Shown one piece after another: positions 49,150 to 58,782 of a DNA stretch of 64,000 nt. Positions within the stretch are counted from its first letter, which is position 1; each line of letters opens with the position of its first letter. Under the pieces are notes generated by a model. It did no database searches and had not been told where the DNA came from. It worked only from the letters and a program-made list of their open reading frames with translations. The position numbers were made by a program, and so were the translations under genes. This DNA is from an uncultured Candidatus Binatia bacterium (GTDB taxonomy: Bacteria; Desulfobacterota; Binatia; UBA9968; JAJDTQ01): NCBI GenBank assembly GCA_965215605.1, contig OZ244070.1, positions 1,792,001-1,856,000 of the forward strand, read 5' to 3'.

Positions 49150-49208
49150 AATACCCCTTGCGGTTTCGACCGCAGGGTGCGGGGCCTCTTCGGAGGCCCT
49201 TGCTTTTT
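49150..49208 (+). ncRNA. Candidate ~60-nt small RNA (two UUCG hairpins, intrinsic terminator)
   Basis: CCTTGCGGT-TTCG-ACCGCAGGG, then GCGGGGCCTC-TTCG-GAGGCCCTTGC-TTTTT, directly after the promoter. Confidence 0.5.
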
Positions 49209-49353
49209 CAGCAGGCCTGCATGCGCACCATCGTCTATGCCAGTTGCCGGATCCAATTCCCGGCACAAACATCCGCAGACCCTCCCCGGTGGTAGCTGGT
49301 GGCGCAGTTCAGTGAGGAGATGGTGAGGGGCGCCCCGAGACCCCCCGGAAACT

Positions 49354-50517
49354 TCACCCATCCAGCTTGAACAGCCGCTCGGCGTTGCCGTGGCGGATGA
49401 GCTCCTTGGTCTCTTCCGAGATGTTCTTGTTGACGGACAGGAGCTGGACGTCCCGGAACTTCATGCTGCCGCCGGGATCGTCGTGGGGGTAGTCGGTGGC
49501 GAAGAGGAAGCGCTCGGGGCCGAGGAACTCGATGGCTTCGGGCAGGGCGGCTTCTTCGGTTTCGATGGTGAAGTAGAAGTTGTTGCGGAAGTAGTGGCTC
49601 GCCGGTTTCTTGTTCTTCTCCAGGAAGACCTCGGCGCCGTAGAAGGCCCGGTGGCGGCGCAGCTTGGCCTTGACCCCGCGCATGACGTCCGCATCGGCGT
49701 CCCCGTCGTAGTCCACCGGAGGGCCGTTGAAAGCGGCGTCCAGCCGTTCCACCAGCGGCTTGATGAAGCCTGTGCCGGCCTCGGTGAAGATGAACTGGAG
49801 GCCGGGGAAGTCGTCCAGCAGGCCGCTGGTCACCAGCGACACCAGGCTCACCTGTCCCTCCTGCGGCGCGAACAGGTAGAGGCCGTCCTTTTGGAAGTTG
49901 GGCAGGTTGCTGATGCGGTGGCCGTGCTGGATGTTGTGGAGGAAGATGGGCATTTCCATCTCCTCGGCCCGGGCGAAGAAGGGCCACAGCTCCTTGTGGC
50001 TGCCGAGGCTATCGCCGTAGGGGTGATCCTGCACCGGGTAGACCTTGTCCAGCACCACCGCGCGGAACCCCTCCTTCTGCGCCCATTCCATCTCGCGGAT
50101 GGCCGCGGGCACGTCCTGGAGCTGGACGATGGGCACGCCGATGAGGCAGTCGTGCCGCTCCATCATGCGCAGGTTGGACAGGTTGTAGGAGCGGGCGATG
50201 GCCGACGCCAGCGCCGGCTCGATCATGTAGGTCCACCAGCCGGAGAACTGCGGCAGCACGAACTGACGGTCCACCCCAAGCACGGGCATCTCGTCGAGCC
50301 GCACCTGCAGGTCCACCAGCCCTTTCATGCTGGCGCCGGAACCCGGCGGTCCCAGCGGCGTCACGCCCGGCACCTCGGGCGGTCCGCCCGGAAAGTCGAT
50401 GTCGGCGAGCAGTCCGTCGTCGCTGTACCGTGGGATCGGCGCCTTGTCCCGGAACTCCTCGGGCATGTCGTCGAAGGCGTCGTTGGGCATGATATGGGTG
50501 TCGCAGTCGATGATCAC
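49354..50517 (-). CDS. Amidohydrolase_2 family protein
   Basis: IIDCDTH, IFLH, TEAG, FATDYPH. Confidence 0.88.
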   Translation of the reverse strand: MIIDCDTHIMPNDAFDDMPEEFRDKAPIPRYSDDGLLADIDFPGGPPEVPGVTPLGPPGSGASMKGLVDLQVRLDEMPVLGVDRQFVLPQFSGWWTYMIEPALASAIARSYNLSNLRMMERHDCLIGVPIVQLQDVPAAIREMEWAQKEGFRAVVLDKVYPVQDHPYGDSLGSHKELWPFFARAEEMEMPIFLHNIQHGHRISNLPNFQKDGLYLFAPQEGQVSLVSLVTSGLLDDFPGLQFIFTEAGTGFIKPLVERLDAAFNGPPVDYDGDADADVMRGVKAKLRRHRAFYGAEVFLEKNKKPASHYFRNNFYFTIETEEAALPEAIEFLGPERFLFATDYPHDDPGGSMKFRDVQLLSVNKNISEETKELIRHGNAERLFKLDG

Positions 50518-50680
50518 TGTGGATTCCTCCTGATCAATGAGTAGCTATTAGCGCCGTTGCGCGGCGTTGGCAAGTTTGCCGACCCCACGCGCGGAAGAGC
50601 CCACGGGTTCGCCGACGCGACCATAATTTGATCCCGCCGTTACCTGTCCTTAACGATCGCATGCCAGGCTTCCCTCAGGC

Positions 50681-51676
50681 ATGAGAGTCGCGGTCGCCAC
50701 CGACGCTTGGGAACCACAGGTCAACGGCGTGGTGCGCACGCTGCAGCAGACGGGAGCGCACTTGGCGGAGCTGGGACACGAACCGCTCTTCGTAACGCCG
50801 TCGGACTTCACCACCGTCCCCTGCCCCACCTACCCGTCGATCCGGCTGGCGCTCTTTCCAAGCAAGGGAGTCGGACGAATCCTGCGGGATTTCGAGCCCG
50901 ACTCTGTCCACATCGCCACCGAGGGACCCATCGGCCACGCCGTCCGCTCCTTCTGCCGTGGCGCCGGCATCCCCTTCACCACCTCGTTCCACACCCTGTT
51001 TCCCGAGTACCTTCGCGCGCGGGTTCCGTTTCCGGTGACTTGGTCGTACGCCTATCTCCGACGGTATCACGGCCGCGCCGCCCGCACCTTCGTGGCCACC
51101 CGCTCCCTGGCCGAGCACCTCCGGGGGCGTGGCTTCGACAACCTCGCCATCTGGGCCCGCGGCGTCGACACGGAGATGTTCAAGCCGGGCCCCAAGTCGT
51201 TCCTGCCGGGCCCGAGGCCGCTATCCATGTACATGGGGCGCGTGGCCGTGGAAAAGAACATCGCGGCGTTTCTCGATCTCGACCTGCCCGGGACCAAGTA
51301 CGTGGTGGGCGACGGGCCCGACCTGAACGGCCTGCGTTCCAGGTACCCGGAGGTCCGGTTCACGGGACAGAAACTCGGCGACGAGCTCGCGGCCCACGTG
51401 GCCGCCGCCGACGTGTTCGTTTTCCCGAGCCTGACGGATACCTTCGGGCTGGTCATGCTCGAAGCCATGGCCTGCGGCGTGCCCGTGGCCGCCTTTCCCG
51501 TCACCGGACCGTTGGACGTGGTCCGGAACGGGAAGACCGGCGTGCTGGACCGCGACCTGCGCACCGCGGTGCTCGGCGCCCTGGAGCTGGATCCCGGCGA
51601 CTGCGTCGCGTACGCCGGGCAACACACATGGCTGGAGTGGACGAAACGGTTCGTTGCGCTGCTGGTGCCGGTTTAA
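50681..51676 (+). CDS. GT4 glycosyltransferase, Agt-like (glycolipid synthase candidate)
   Basis: ATDAWEPQVNGVVRTL, HIATEGPIG, GRVAVEKN, DTFGLVMLEAMACG. Confidence 0.85.
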   Translation: MRVAVATDAWEPQVNGVVRTLQQTGAHLAELGHEPLFVTPSDFTTVPCPTYPSIRLALFPSKGVGRILRDFEPDSVHIATEGPIGHAVRSFCRGAGIPFTTSFHTLFPEYLRARVPFPVTWSYAYLRRYHGRAARTFVATRSLAEHLRGRGFDNLAIWARGVDTEMFKPGPKSFLPGPRPLSMYMGRVAVEKNIAAFLDLDLPGTKYVVGDGPDLNGLRSRYPEVRFTGQKLGDELAAHVAAADVFVFPSLTDTFGLVMLEAMACGVPVAAFPVTGPLDVVRNGKTGVLDRDLRTAVLGALELDPGDCVAYAGQHTWLEWTKRFVALLVPV

Positions 51677-51757
51677 CGACAACGCTGGCCCGCCCGCTGA
51701 TTCGGTGCGGCAACAACTACCCCGTACGAAACGTCTCCTCGGAAACGAAACGTCACC

Positions 51758-52642
51758 TCAGGAATCGTCACCCCGCAACGTATGGACCGTCTCCAGCACC
51801 GCGTTGCGATGGTGGCGACCGCCGTTATGGGCGATCAACGGTACCGGTTCCAGCGCCGTTCCCGGGTCGCCTTGCCCGATCCGTTGCGTGTCCTGCCAGT
51901 GCAACAACTCCAGGCTCCCGTCGTCATGCTCCACCAGCGCGCTGTTGCTCTCCACCCAGTCCCCGCAGTTGCAGTAGGTGATGCCGTTCAATGGAATGAT
52001 CTGGGGCCGGTGGATGTGTCCGCAGATGACCCCGTCCACTCCCAGGCGGGCCGCCTCGAACGACACCGCCGCCTCGAAGTTGCTGATGTAGCGCATGGCG
52101 TTCTTGACCTTGTGCTTGATGGCGCCGGCCAGGGACCAGTACGGGAGACCGAGCTTGCGGCGGACCAGGTTGAGCCGGGTGTTGATGCCCAGCAGCAGGT
52201 CGTAGGCGTGGCTGCCCAACAGCGCGATGGCCCTGGACGAACGCACCACGCTGTCGAACTGGTCCCCGTGGATCACGAGAAAACGCTTGCCGTCGGCCTT
52301 GCGGTGGACGATGCGGTCCGCGATGCGGATGTTGCCGAAGGCCATGCCGTTGTAGTCCCGCAGCATCTCGTCATGGTTGCCCGGCACGTAGATCACCTTG
52401 GTGCCGTATTTGGCCTTGCCGAGGATCGTTCGCAGAATGTTATTGTGGTCCTGGGGCCAGAAGGGCCGCTCTCGCACGGACCAGATGTCGATGATGTCAC
52501 CGACCAGATAGAGAAACTCGCATTCCACCGAACGGAGGAAGGCCAGCAGGGATGTGCCGCTGCATCCGCGAAATCCCAGGTGGATGTCGGATAGCCACAC
52601 CGTGCGGTAGAATTGCGCAGCCGTTCCATTCTGATTCGACAC
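51758..52642 (-). CDS. PlcP-like metallophosphoesterase (UDP-2,3-diacylglucosamine hydrolase family)
   Basis: SDIHLG, LVGDIID, WPQDHN, PGNHD, HGDQFD, CGHIH, NCGDWVE; GTG start after GGAGG. Confidence 0.85.
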   Translation of the reverse strand: MSNQNGTAAQFYRTVWLSDIHLGFRGCSGTSLLAFLRSVECEFLYLVGDIIDIWSVRERPFWPQDHNNILRTILGKAKYGTKVIYVPGNHDEMLRDYNGMAFGNIRIADRIVHRKADGKRFLVIHGDQFDSVVRSSRAIALLGSHAYDLLLGINTRLNLVRRKLGLPYWSLAGAIKHKVKNAMRYISNFEAAVSFEAARLGVDGVICGHIHRPQIIPLNGITYCNCGDWVESNSALVEHDDGSLELLHWQDTQRIGQGDPGTALEPVPLIAHNGGRHHRNAVLETVHTLRGDDS

Positions 52643-52829
52643 GTTGCCACCTCCATTTGCGAGCATGGACAAAGCTCGGAGATCCGTGTCGTTCGCCCCG
52701 GATTCTCCTTGGCAAGGGTATCGTGTCAGTGTGTCGTTACGATGATGGGGTTGCGTCGGAGCCGGGAAGTGTTTGTTGACGTTCTGTTATGCAACGAAGC
52801 GGACCAACGCGCCCGGACGCAGTGTCAGG

Positions 52830-53010
52830 TCGCCGGGCCCGCGCAGGCGGCGGCTCCGATTCCGGCGACTCGTCCCCCCGCGGAACCGCGTGTCTGGACG
52901 CACCAGACCTTGCGTCCGGAGGCGTCGACACGTATGCCGAAGCCAGGCATGTGGCGGTTTCAGACCACGGTATCGCCGGATTCGGCCGACAGTGCGTCAA
53001 CGGCGCGAAA
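52830..53010 (-). pseudogene. Tyrosine integrase remnant (Arm-DNA-binding/DUF4102 domain)
   Basis: RAVDALSAESGDTVV*NRHMPGFGIRVDASGRKVWCVQTR, with a stop at the conserved Trp position (52960-52962); no catalytic domain. Confidence 0.7.
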
Positions 53011-53040
53011 AACATGACAAAATAGGACTACGGTCATCCC

Positions 53041-53757
53041 ATGTGCGGCCGGTACACGCAGACGAGGAAGCTTCACGACCTCGTAGACCGCTTCGGCATC
53101 GACGAGCCGGACTTCGATCCGGCGCCCCGGTATAACCTTGCTCCCAGCCAGGACGCGCCGGTGGTGGGAGTGAACCCCAAAACCCCGGAGACGCGGTCCC
53201 TGCGGCTGATGCACTGGGGCCTCGTTCCCTATCACGCCAAGGACGCCGCCAAGCCCATCATCAACGCCCGAGCGGAAACCCTGGCCCAACGGCCAGCGTT
53301 CCGGAACCTGCTACCGAGGCGCCGCTGTCTGGTGGCGGCCGACGGCTTCTACGAGTGGCGCAAGGAAGGCCGCGTCCGAACCCCCATGCGCTTCACCCTC
53401 AGAAGCGGAGAGCCGTTCGCCTTCGCCGGCCTTTGGGACCGATGGCTCCGGCCCGACGGAACCCCGCTTTACTCGTTCACCATCGTCACCACGAGCCCCA
53501 ACAGCCTCGTTGAGCCGGTGCACAACAGGATGCCCGTCATCCTGCGCCCGGAGGATGAGGCCAAGTGGCTCGATCCCGCCATCACCGACTCGGCGGCGCT
53601 GTCACCACTGCTCAAACCCTACCCTGCCGAAATGATGGACGGGTACTGCGTCTCGCGGGCCGTCAACTCGCCCGTGAACGACTCGCCCGAGTGCATCGCG
53701 CCGGACGAAGCACCGCTTACCTTGCTACGTAAACCGAGCTTGAAGACTGATCCATAA
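53041..53757 (+). CDS. SOS response-associated peptidase (SRAP/YedK/HMCES)
   Basis: MCGRY, RYNLAPSQ, INARAET, GFYEW, HNRMPVIL. Confidence 0.95.
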   Translation: MCGRYTQTRKLHDLVDRFGIDEPDFDPAPRYNLAPSQDAPVVGVNPKTPETRSLRLMHWGLVPYHAKDAAKPIINARAETLAQRPAFRNLLPRRRCLVAADGFYEWRKEGRVRTPMRFTLRSGEPFAFAGLWDRWLRPDGTPLYSFTIVTTSPNSLVEPVHNRMPVILRPEDEAKWLDPAITDSAALSPLLKPYPAEMMDGYCVSRAVNSPVNDSPECIAPDEAPLTLLRKPSLKTDP

Positions 53758-53773
53758 AGATATATTTTCTATA

Positions 53774-53812
53774 CCGGAGGAGGTAGCCATATATGAGAGC
53801 GAAGAAATTTGA
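53774..53812 (+). pseudogene. C-terminal remnant of a BrnT-type toxin
   Basis: PEEVAIYESEEI* frame overlapping the brnA start; immediately preceded by a TATA-N5-TATA operator-like site. Confidence 0.5.
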
Positions 53813-54026
53813 TGCCGACTTCGACGCCGGCAAGGACATAACCGCCGCTCTCGATTTGCCTGCCGCACGTCGTCCGGCTCGAAAACAACGACGGGTCAAC
53901 GTGGATTTCCCGGTCTGGATGGTCGAATCCCTGGACCGGGAGGCCAGTAGGCTCGGAGTCACTCGCCAATCGATCATCAAGCTCTGGTTGGCGGAGCGGC
54001 TGGAGCGGTCGGCCGCGAACGGCTGA
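53793..54026 (+). CDS. BrnA/CopG-type antitoxin (orphan)
   Basis: AKKFDADFDAG, RRVNVDFPVWM, LGVTRQSIIKLWLAERL. Confidence 0.88.
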   Translation: MRAKKFDADFDAGKDITAALDLPAARRPARKQRRVNVDFPVWMVESLDREASRLGVTRQSIIKLWLAERLERSAANG

Positions 54027-54107
54027 AATGGCTGCCCTGATCCGCCACTGGGTCCCGGCCCCGGACCCCGGGTCAGGCCCGGGGAAACTTGATATGGGGA
54101 AAAGAGG

Positions 54108-54452
54108 CTACTTCGCCGCGCAGACCATGATCTCCACCTGGGTGCCCGGGGTGAGCGCCACGCCGATGGCGGCCCGGGCCGGAAGATTGTCCTTGTCGAT
54201 CCAGGCCATCCAGGCCTCGTTCATCTCGTCCTTGGCGTCGATGTCGGCGAGATAGACGGTGGACGTGAGGATGCGGGACTTGTTGGTGCCGGCGAGGGCC
54301 AGGATCTCGTCGATTTTGGCTAACACCTGCTCGGTCTGACCCTTCGTGGACAGGGACTTGTCGTCGGCCACCAGGCCGGACAGGTATACCAGGTCGCCGT
54401 GCACCACGGCGCGACTGTTCCAGACTTGCGGTTTGATGTGTTCGATGCTCAT
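54108..54452 (-). CDS. RidA/YjgF family protein (YoaB-like)
   Basis: VYLSGLVA, QTEQVLAKID, MNEAW..W...PARA, VEI. Confidence 0.9.
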   Translation of the reverse strand: MSIEHIKPQVWNSRAVVHGDLVYLSGLVADDKSLSTKGQTEQVLAKIDEILALAGTNKSRILTSTVYLADIDAKDEMNEAWMAWIDKDNLPARAAIGVALTPGTQVEIMVCAAK

Positions 54453-54611
54453 CGGAAGACAGCCTCCTTGTGAAGAATTTCCAGGACGCTATGTGTTCGC
54501 GCTCGCGATGTCAACGCAGAATGCACGGTCCTATTTCACGTCACCTCCTCTAATCATCAGTGCGGGCCAGGTTAAATTGCCTTCGAGGCGAATATCTGTC
54601 ATGATCCCCAT

Positions 54612-55820
54612 ATGATTCACCGTTGTCGCATAAGCAACTTCCAATCCATCCGCGAAGAAGTGCAGCTTGATTTCCGTATTCCCCGCACCTGCCCCAACCT
54701 GCCGCGTTTCCGGCAAGCCCATTCGGGGAATGGCGTTCGCCTTCCCGGCGTGATCGCCTTCGTAGGGCCCAACGGCTCCGGTAAGACGACATTGCTGCGG
54801 GCCATAACCGAGTCCATCGAGTTTGCACATCGTTCGTTCGATCTGGGTGCGTCCCAAAACATCCCTTACTTCCTCCCGTTTCTTTCTTCGGAGGCGAAGG
54901 CCGCTCCAACACGGATTGAAATGGACTTCGATGCAGCGTGGTTTTCCGCGGATTCCGGTGAACCGTCCCTCTGCCGGTATACCCTGGAACTAGAGCGAAA
55001 CGGTTCCGACCTCAACTCTGTGAGGGTTTACGCCGAAACGCTCCACACGTTCCCCAACGGGCGCCCTCGGCGAATGATGGAGCGGCGTGGCGACGGCCCG
55101 GTCTACGTTGCCAGCGGCCTCGGAATACGGCGCGGTGACGACCGCCTCTCGTCCGTGCCTGCCAATGCGTCGGTAATCTCGACTCTCGCGCGTCTGGGGT
55201 TGGCTCCGTTCCCTTTGATTGCCGAGGATCTCGGGAACGTTCAAAGGAATCTCATTGGTTCATCACCTTGGCGACCTGATACCGAAACAGTGACGCGTTT
55301 CTACGGGGACCGCCCCGCGTTGCTGGACAAGCTGTCCGATCGGTTGCAGCGTTTCGATCTCGGGATCCAGGCCTTGAGGATCGCCGTGTTGCCTGACGGC
55401 CAGCGGATACTGCTTTGCGATCATCATGGGTTGGACGTGCCCGTCGTCATTTCCCAGGAATCCACAGGTACCCGTCATCTCGTGCATGTGTTCCCCCAGC
55501 TCGACTTTGCGCTCCAAACCGGTCACGTCGCGATCATGGACGCCCTGGATTCCGAGTTTCATACGGAGTTGGTCGCTGAAGTCTTGCGGTGGTTTCAACG
55601 TCCCGAGACCAATCCCCACGGCGCTCAGTTGATCTGCTCCCTACACAACCAGTCCGTCCTCGAAGAGCTTGAAAAGGAGGAACTCTTCATCGTCGAAAAG
55701 GGCCAGGATGGCGCCACCCGGGCGTACGGTGCGAAGCAGGTGCACGGCCTCCGCCGGACGGAAGACCTCCACAAGCGATATCGTAGTGGCGTTCTGGGTG
55801 GACTTCCCACGTTCGGTTGA
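54612..55820 (+). CDS. AAA_21 ATPase (RloA/AbiLi-like)
   Basis: ISNFQSIRE, GPNGSGKT, QESTGT, GAQLICSLH, YRSGVLGGLP. Confidence 0.82.
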   Translation: MIHRCRISNFQSIREEVQLDFRIPRTCPNLPRFRQAHSGNGVRLPGVIAFVGPNGSGKTTLLRAITESIEFAHRSFDLGASQNIPYFLPFLSSEAKAAPTRIEMDFDAAWFSADSGEPSLCRYTLELERNGSDLNSVRVYAETLHTFPNGRPRRMMERRGDGPVYVASGLGIRRGDDRLSSVPANASVISTLARLGLAPFPLIAEDLGNVQRNLIGSSPWRPDTETVTRFYGDRPALLDKLSDRLQRFDLGIQALRIAVLPDGQRILLCDHHGLDVPVVISQESTGTRHLVHVFPQLDFALQTGHVAIMDALDSEFHTELVAEVLRWFQRPETNPHGAQLICSLHNQSVLEELEKEELFIVEKGQDGATRAYGAKQVHGLRRTEDLHKRYRSGVLGGLPTFG

Positions 55821-55823
55821 CGC

Positions 55824-56375
55824 ATGCCGCGCCCTCCGTCCATTCCCTCCCGCAAGCGCATCTTCGTTGGGACCGAGGGCGAGAGCGAACGGGCATTCGC
55901 CGCTTGGTTGCAGCAGTTGTGCAATCAACTAAAACAGCCCGTGCACCTCGATATCTCCCTCGGCAGCGGCGGGGACTGCCTTCAGATAGTGGAAGATGCA
56001 ATCGTCCGCTATCGAGAACGTTCGAAGCGACATGGCCGGTTTGCCGATGGTTGTGTGCTGCTCGACGCCGACCGCTTGCGTCGAGACCAGCGGCATGGTC
56101 GCGATCCCGAACCCGTCGCGTGTAGCGCAGGCCTACGCCTTGTTTTCCTCAAACCAAGAATCGAAGGGCTGTTGGTCCGTCTTCATCCCCGCTGCGAGAA
56201 CCGTCAGTTATCGGCCCGTAGTGTCGACGTAGAACTTCGCAGGCTATGGCCGGAGTATCGGAAACCTGCCTCGTCCCGCGCTTTGGCAGAGCGGTTCGGT
56301 CTGGATGATCTGCGGCGCGTTTGCCGTCGCGACGAGGGCTTGGCGGCGGTGCTGAAAGTGCTCGGTTTGGCATGA
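55824..56375 (+). CDS. RloB-like protein (AbiLii-like)
   Basis: IFVGTEGESE (Toprim-like), LLDAD, PRIEGLL..LH. Confidence 0.78.
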   Translation: MPRPPSIPSRKRIFVGTEGESERAFAAWLQQLCNQLKQPVHLDISLGSGGDCLQIVEDAIVRYRERSKRHGRFADGCVLLDADRLRRDQRHGRDPEPVACSAGLRLVFLKPRIEGLLVRLHPRCENRQLSARSVDVELRRLWPEYRKPASSRALAERFGLDDLRRVCRRDEGLAAVLKVLGLA

Positions 56376-56439
56376 CCCCGGAAGCCTTGGGGACGGGTGT
56401 TTGACTCGCACTCGTCGGCCACCCGGCCGTTGTACTGAA

Positions 56440-57867
56440 TCACTGTTTGTTGTCACCGTGTTGGGCTCCGTCCCTCTTCCCACGGCGGCGGAACAGCGAC
56501 GCCGCGGCGGCCAGGCCGCACAGCACCGCGGCGGTCATGAAGACAAGCTGGAAGGCGGTCACGAAGGCGGCCACCTCTCCCAGGTCCACGTGGGCGACGC
56601 GCCAGCGTTCGAACATCAGGCTGGCGCCGGTGACGCCGAAGACGATGCCGGCGGTGCGCATCATCTGGTTGACGCTGCCGGCGACGCCCTGGTGCTCGCG
56701 TGGGATGGCGCCCATGACGAAGCTCATGTTGGGGACCTGGAAGGTGCCCAGGCCGAGTCCCACCAGGGCCAGGGACATGGCCGCGGTGGGGTAGTCGGAG
56801 CTTGCGTCCAGGCCGCTAGCCAGCCACAGGCCCACGGCCTGGACGGCCAACCCCGCGGAGCTCAGCCCGGAGGTGCCGATGCGGTCGGACAACCGGCCGG
56901 CGAAGGCGGCGGCGAAGATGGTCATCACCGCGGGCGCAAAGAGGAGCAGGCCGACCACAACCCCCCGATAGCCCAGGATGTTTACGGCATAGTAGGGGAC
57001 CAGCAGGCCGATGGGAAACCGGGTGGCGTTGGCCGCCAGGGTGAGGAGGTTGGCGAGGGTGAAGGCCGGCCAGCGGAACAGGTCGAGGTTGATGACGGGC
57101 GCGGCCACCCGATTCTCGGTGACGAGGAAGACCACCAAGCTGACCGCCCCGGTCAGCGCCAGCGCGAGTACCTCCGGATCCGTCCAGCCGAGGTCGCGGC
57201 TCCGGGTCATGGCCAGCAGCAGCGCGCCGGCTGCCAGGGTGAGGGTTACGGCCCCCAGAAGGTCGAACCGCTCGCGGGAGGCCGCGCGTTCCACGGAGTG
57301 CACGCGGCGGGAGGTGAACCAGGCGATGACCAGGGCGGGAAGCGCCCGGTAGAAGTAGACGCCGCGCCAGCCGAAGGCGTCCACCAGCACGCCCCCCAAC
57401 AGCGGACCCATGGCGTACCCGGTGGCCATGTTCATCTGGTAGAACCCCAGCGCCCGTCCACGCTCGTCGCCGCTGACGCTGAGCGTCACCAGCGCCGGGG
57501 CGGCGCCGAACACCAGCGCCACGCCCACCCCCTGGAGTATCCGCCCCATGAGCAGCCAGGCGAAGGTCTGGGCGGAGCCGCAGACCACGAACGCCACGGC
57601 GCTGATCAGGAGGCCGATGGTGAGGATGCGCCAGTGGCCGAAGATGTCCGCCAGCCGGCCGCAGCCCAGCAGCAGGCTGGCGTGTGTCAGCACGTAGCTC
57701 ACCACCACCCACTGGATGGACAACAGGTTGATGTCGAACGCCGCGGTGATGGCCGGGAACGCGATGTTCACCGACGTGTCCGAAGACGCCAGCAAGCCGC
57801 TGAACCCTGCGATGAGCAGCGTCGGGTTAGACCAGGTCCGGGTTGGTGGTGGTGTAGAGTCGGGCAA
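56440..57867 (-). CDS. MFS transporter (14-TM DHA2-like)
   Basis: VNIAFPAI, GRLADIFG, GRILQGVG, GRLSDRIG. Confidence 0.9.
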   Translation of the reverse strand: MPDSTPPPTRTWSNPTLLIAGFSGLLASSDTSVNIAFPAITAAFDINLLSIQWVVVSYVLTHASLLLGCGRLADIFGHWRILTIGLLISAVAFVVCGSAQTFAWLLMGRILQGVGVALVFGAAPALVTLSVSGDERGRALGFYQMNMATGYAMGPLLGGVLVDAFGWRGVYFYRALPALVIAWFTSRRVHSVERAASRERFDLLGAVTLTLAAGALLLAMTRSRDLGWTDPEVLALALTGAVSLVVFLVTENRVAAPVINLDLFRWPAFTLANLLTLAANATRFPIGLLVPYYAVNILGYRGVVVGLLLFAPAVMTIFAAAFAGRLSDRIGTSGLSSAGLAVQAVGLWLASGLDASSDYPTAAMSLALVGLGLGTFQVPNMSFVMGAIPREHQGVAGSVNQMMRTAGIVFGVTGASLMFERWRVAHVDLGEVAAFVTAFQLVFMTAAVLCGLAAAASLFRRRGKRDGAQHGDNKQ

Positions 57868-57881
57868 GGAGCCCCGCTAGT

Positions 57882-58694
57882 TCAGCTTCCCGCCAGCCAC
57901 TGTTCCAGCCGCTCGTTGTAGGCCTCGGGCCGCGTGCCGCGCATCATGTGGCCGATGCCTTCCCAGAACTCGAACACCACCTGCGGCGAGGCGATGTTCC
58001 TGAGATGGCCCAGTTCCTGGGCGAGGATGGCGCCGGGCTGCGGCGACACCGTGGCGTCCCCCACCAGGATCAGCGTCGGCACCTGGATGCGCCGCAGGCG
58101 CTCTTCGGACGCCAGCGCCCAGTCCCGGTTGTCGGTCAGGAGCCGCGTCAGGGCGTGGGGCGAGAAATGGCGGTTGCGGTAGACCTCCCAGTCCTCCTGC
58201 TCCGGCGAGAGTCCGCGCTCCCTGGCCTCGGCCCGGATTTCCTCCTCGGGCCGCGCGAGCCGCGCCAGGGCGCCGGGCAGGGCGGTGACGAAGGCGTGCT
58301 GCATGCGCCAGTAGACCGGGTCCTCCAGGAAGGCGCGGGAGATGTCTTCGGGGTGGTCCGCCGCCAGCATGGTGCCGATGTTCCCGCCCCAGGAATGGCC
58401 GGCGTAGGCCGGGCGCTCGAGCTCGAGGTTGGCGATGAGTTGGTGGACGTCTTCCGCGAAGTCGCGCAGGCGGTAGCCCGTCACGGGCTTGTCCGACTCG
58501 CCGTGGCCCCGGAGGTCCGGCGCCACCACGTGGTAACGGCCGGCGAAGTGCTCGGCCACTCCCGCCCAGCCCAGGCTGTAGTTGGTCCAGCCGTGGACCA
58601 GCAGCAGGTCCGGGTCCGCAGGGTCGCCCCACTCCCGGTAGTGCATCCGGATGCCTTGAACCTCGGTGAAGCCGCTTCTGGGGTCTTCGGCCAT
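57882..58694 (-). CDS. Alpha/beta hydrolase
   Basis: LVHG, PDLRGHGES, GHSWGG. Confidence 0.88.
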   Translation of the reverse strand: MAEDPRSGFTEVQGIRMHYREWGDPADPDLLLVHGWTNYSLGWAGVAEHFAGRYHVVAPDLRGHGESDKPVTGYRLRDFAEDVHQLIANLELERPAYAGHSWGGNIGTMLAADHPEDISRAFLEDPVYWRMQHAFVTALPGALARLARPEEEIRAEARERGLSPEQEDWEVYRNRHFSPHALTRLLTDNRDWALASEERLRRIQVPTLILVGDATVSPQPGAILAQELGHLRNIASPQVVFEFWEGIGHMMRGTRPEAYNERLEQWLAGS

Positions 58695-58782
58695 GATCGT
58701 CCCTCCGTGTGCAACGGACGAGGATAGTGATACACGTTTTGGGAAGTTTTGAGCAATTGGGACGGAACCAAGAGGAGAGGAC

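Noticed and set aside
49221-49295. Short ORF MRTIVYASC... after the candidate sRNA
   Set aside because: No RBS, lies beyond the terminator, and has no recognisable similarity.
52960-52962. In-frame TGA in the integrase fragment as selenocysteine
   Set aside because: It aligns to a conserved Trp rather than Cys, and the gene is otherwise decayed; a nonsense mutation.
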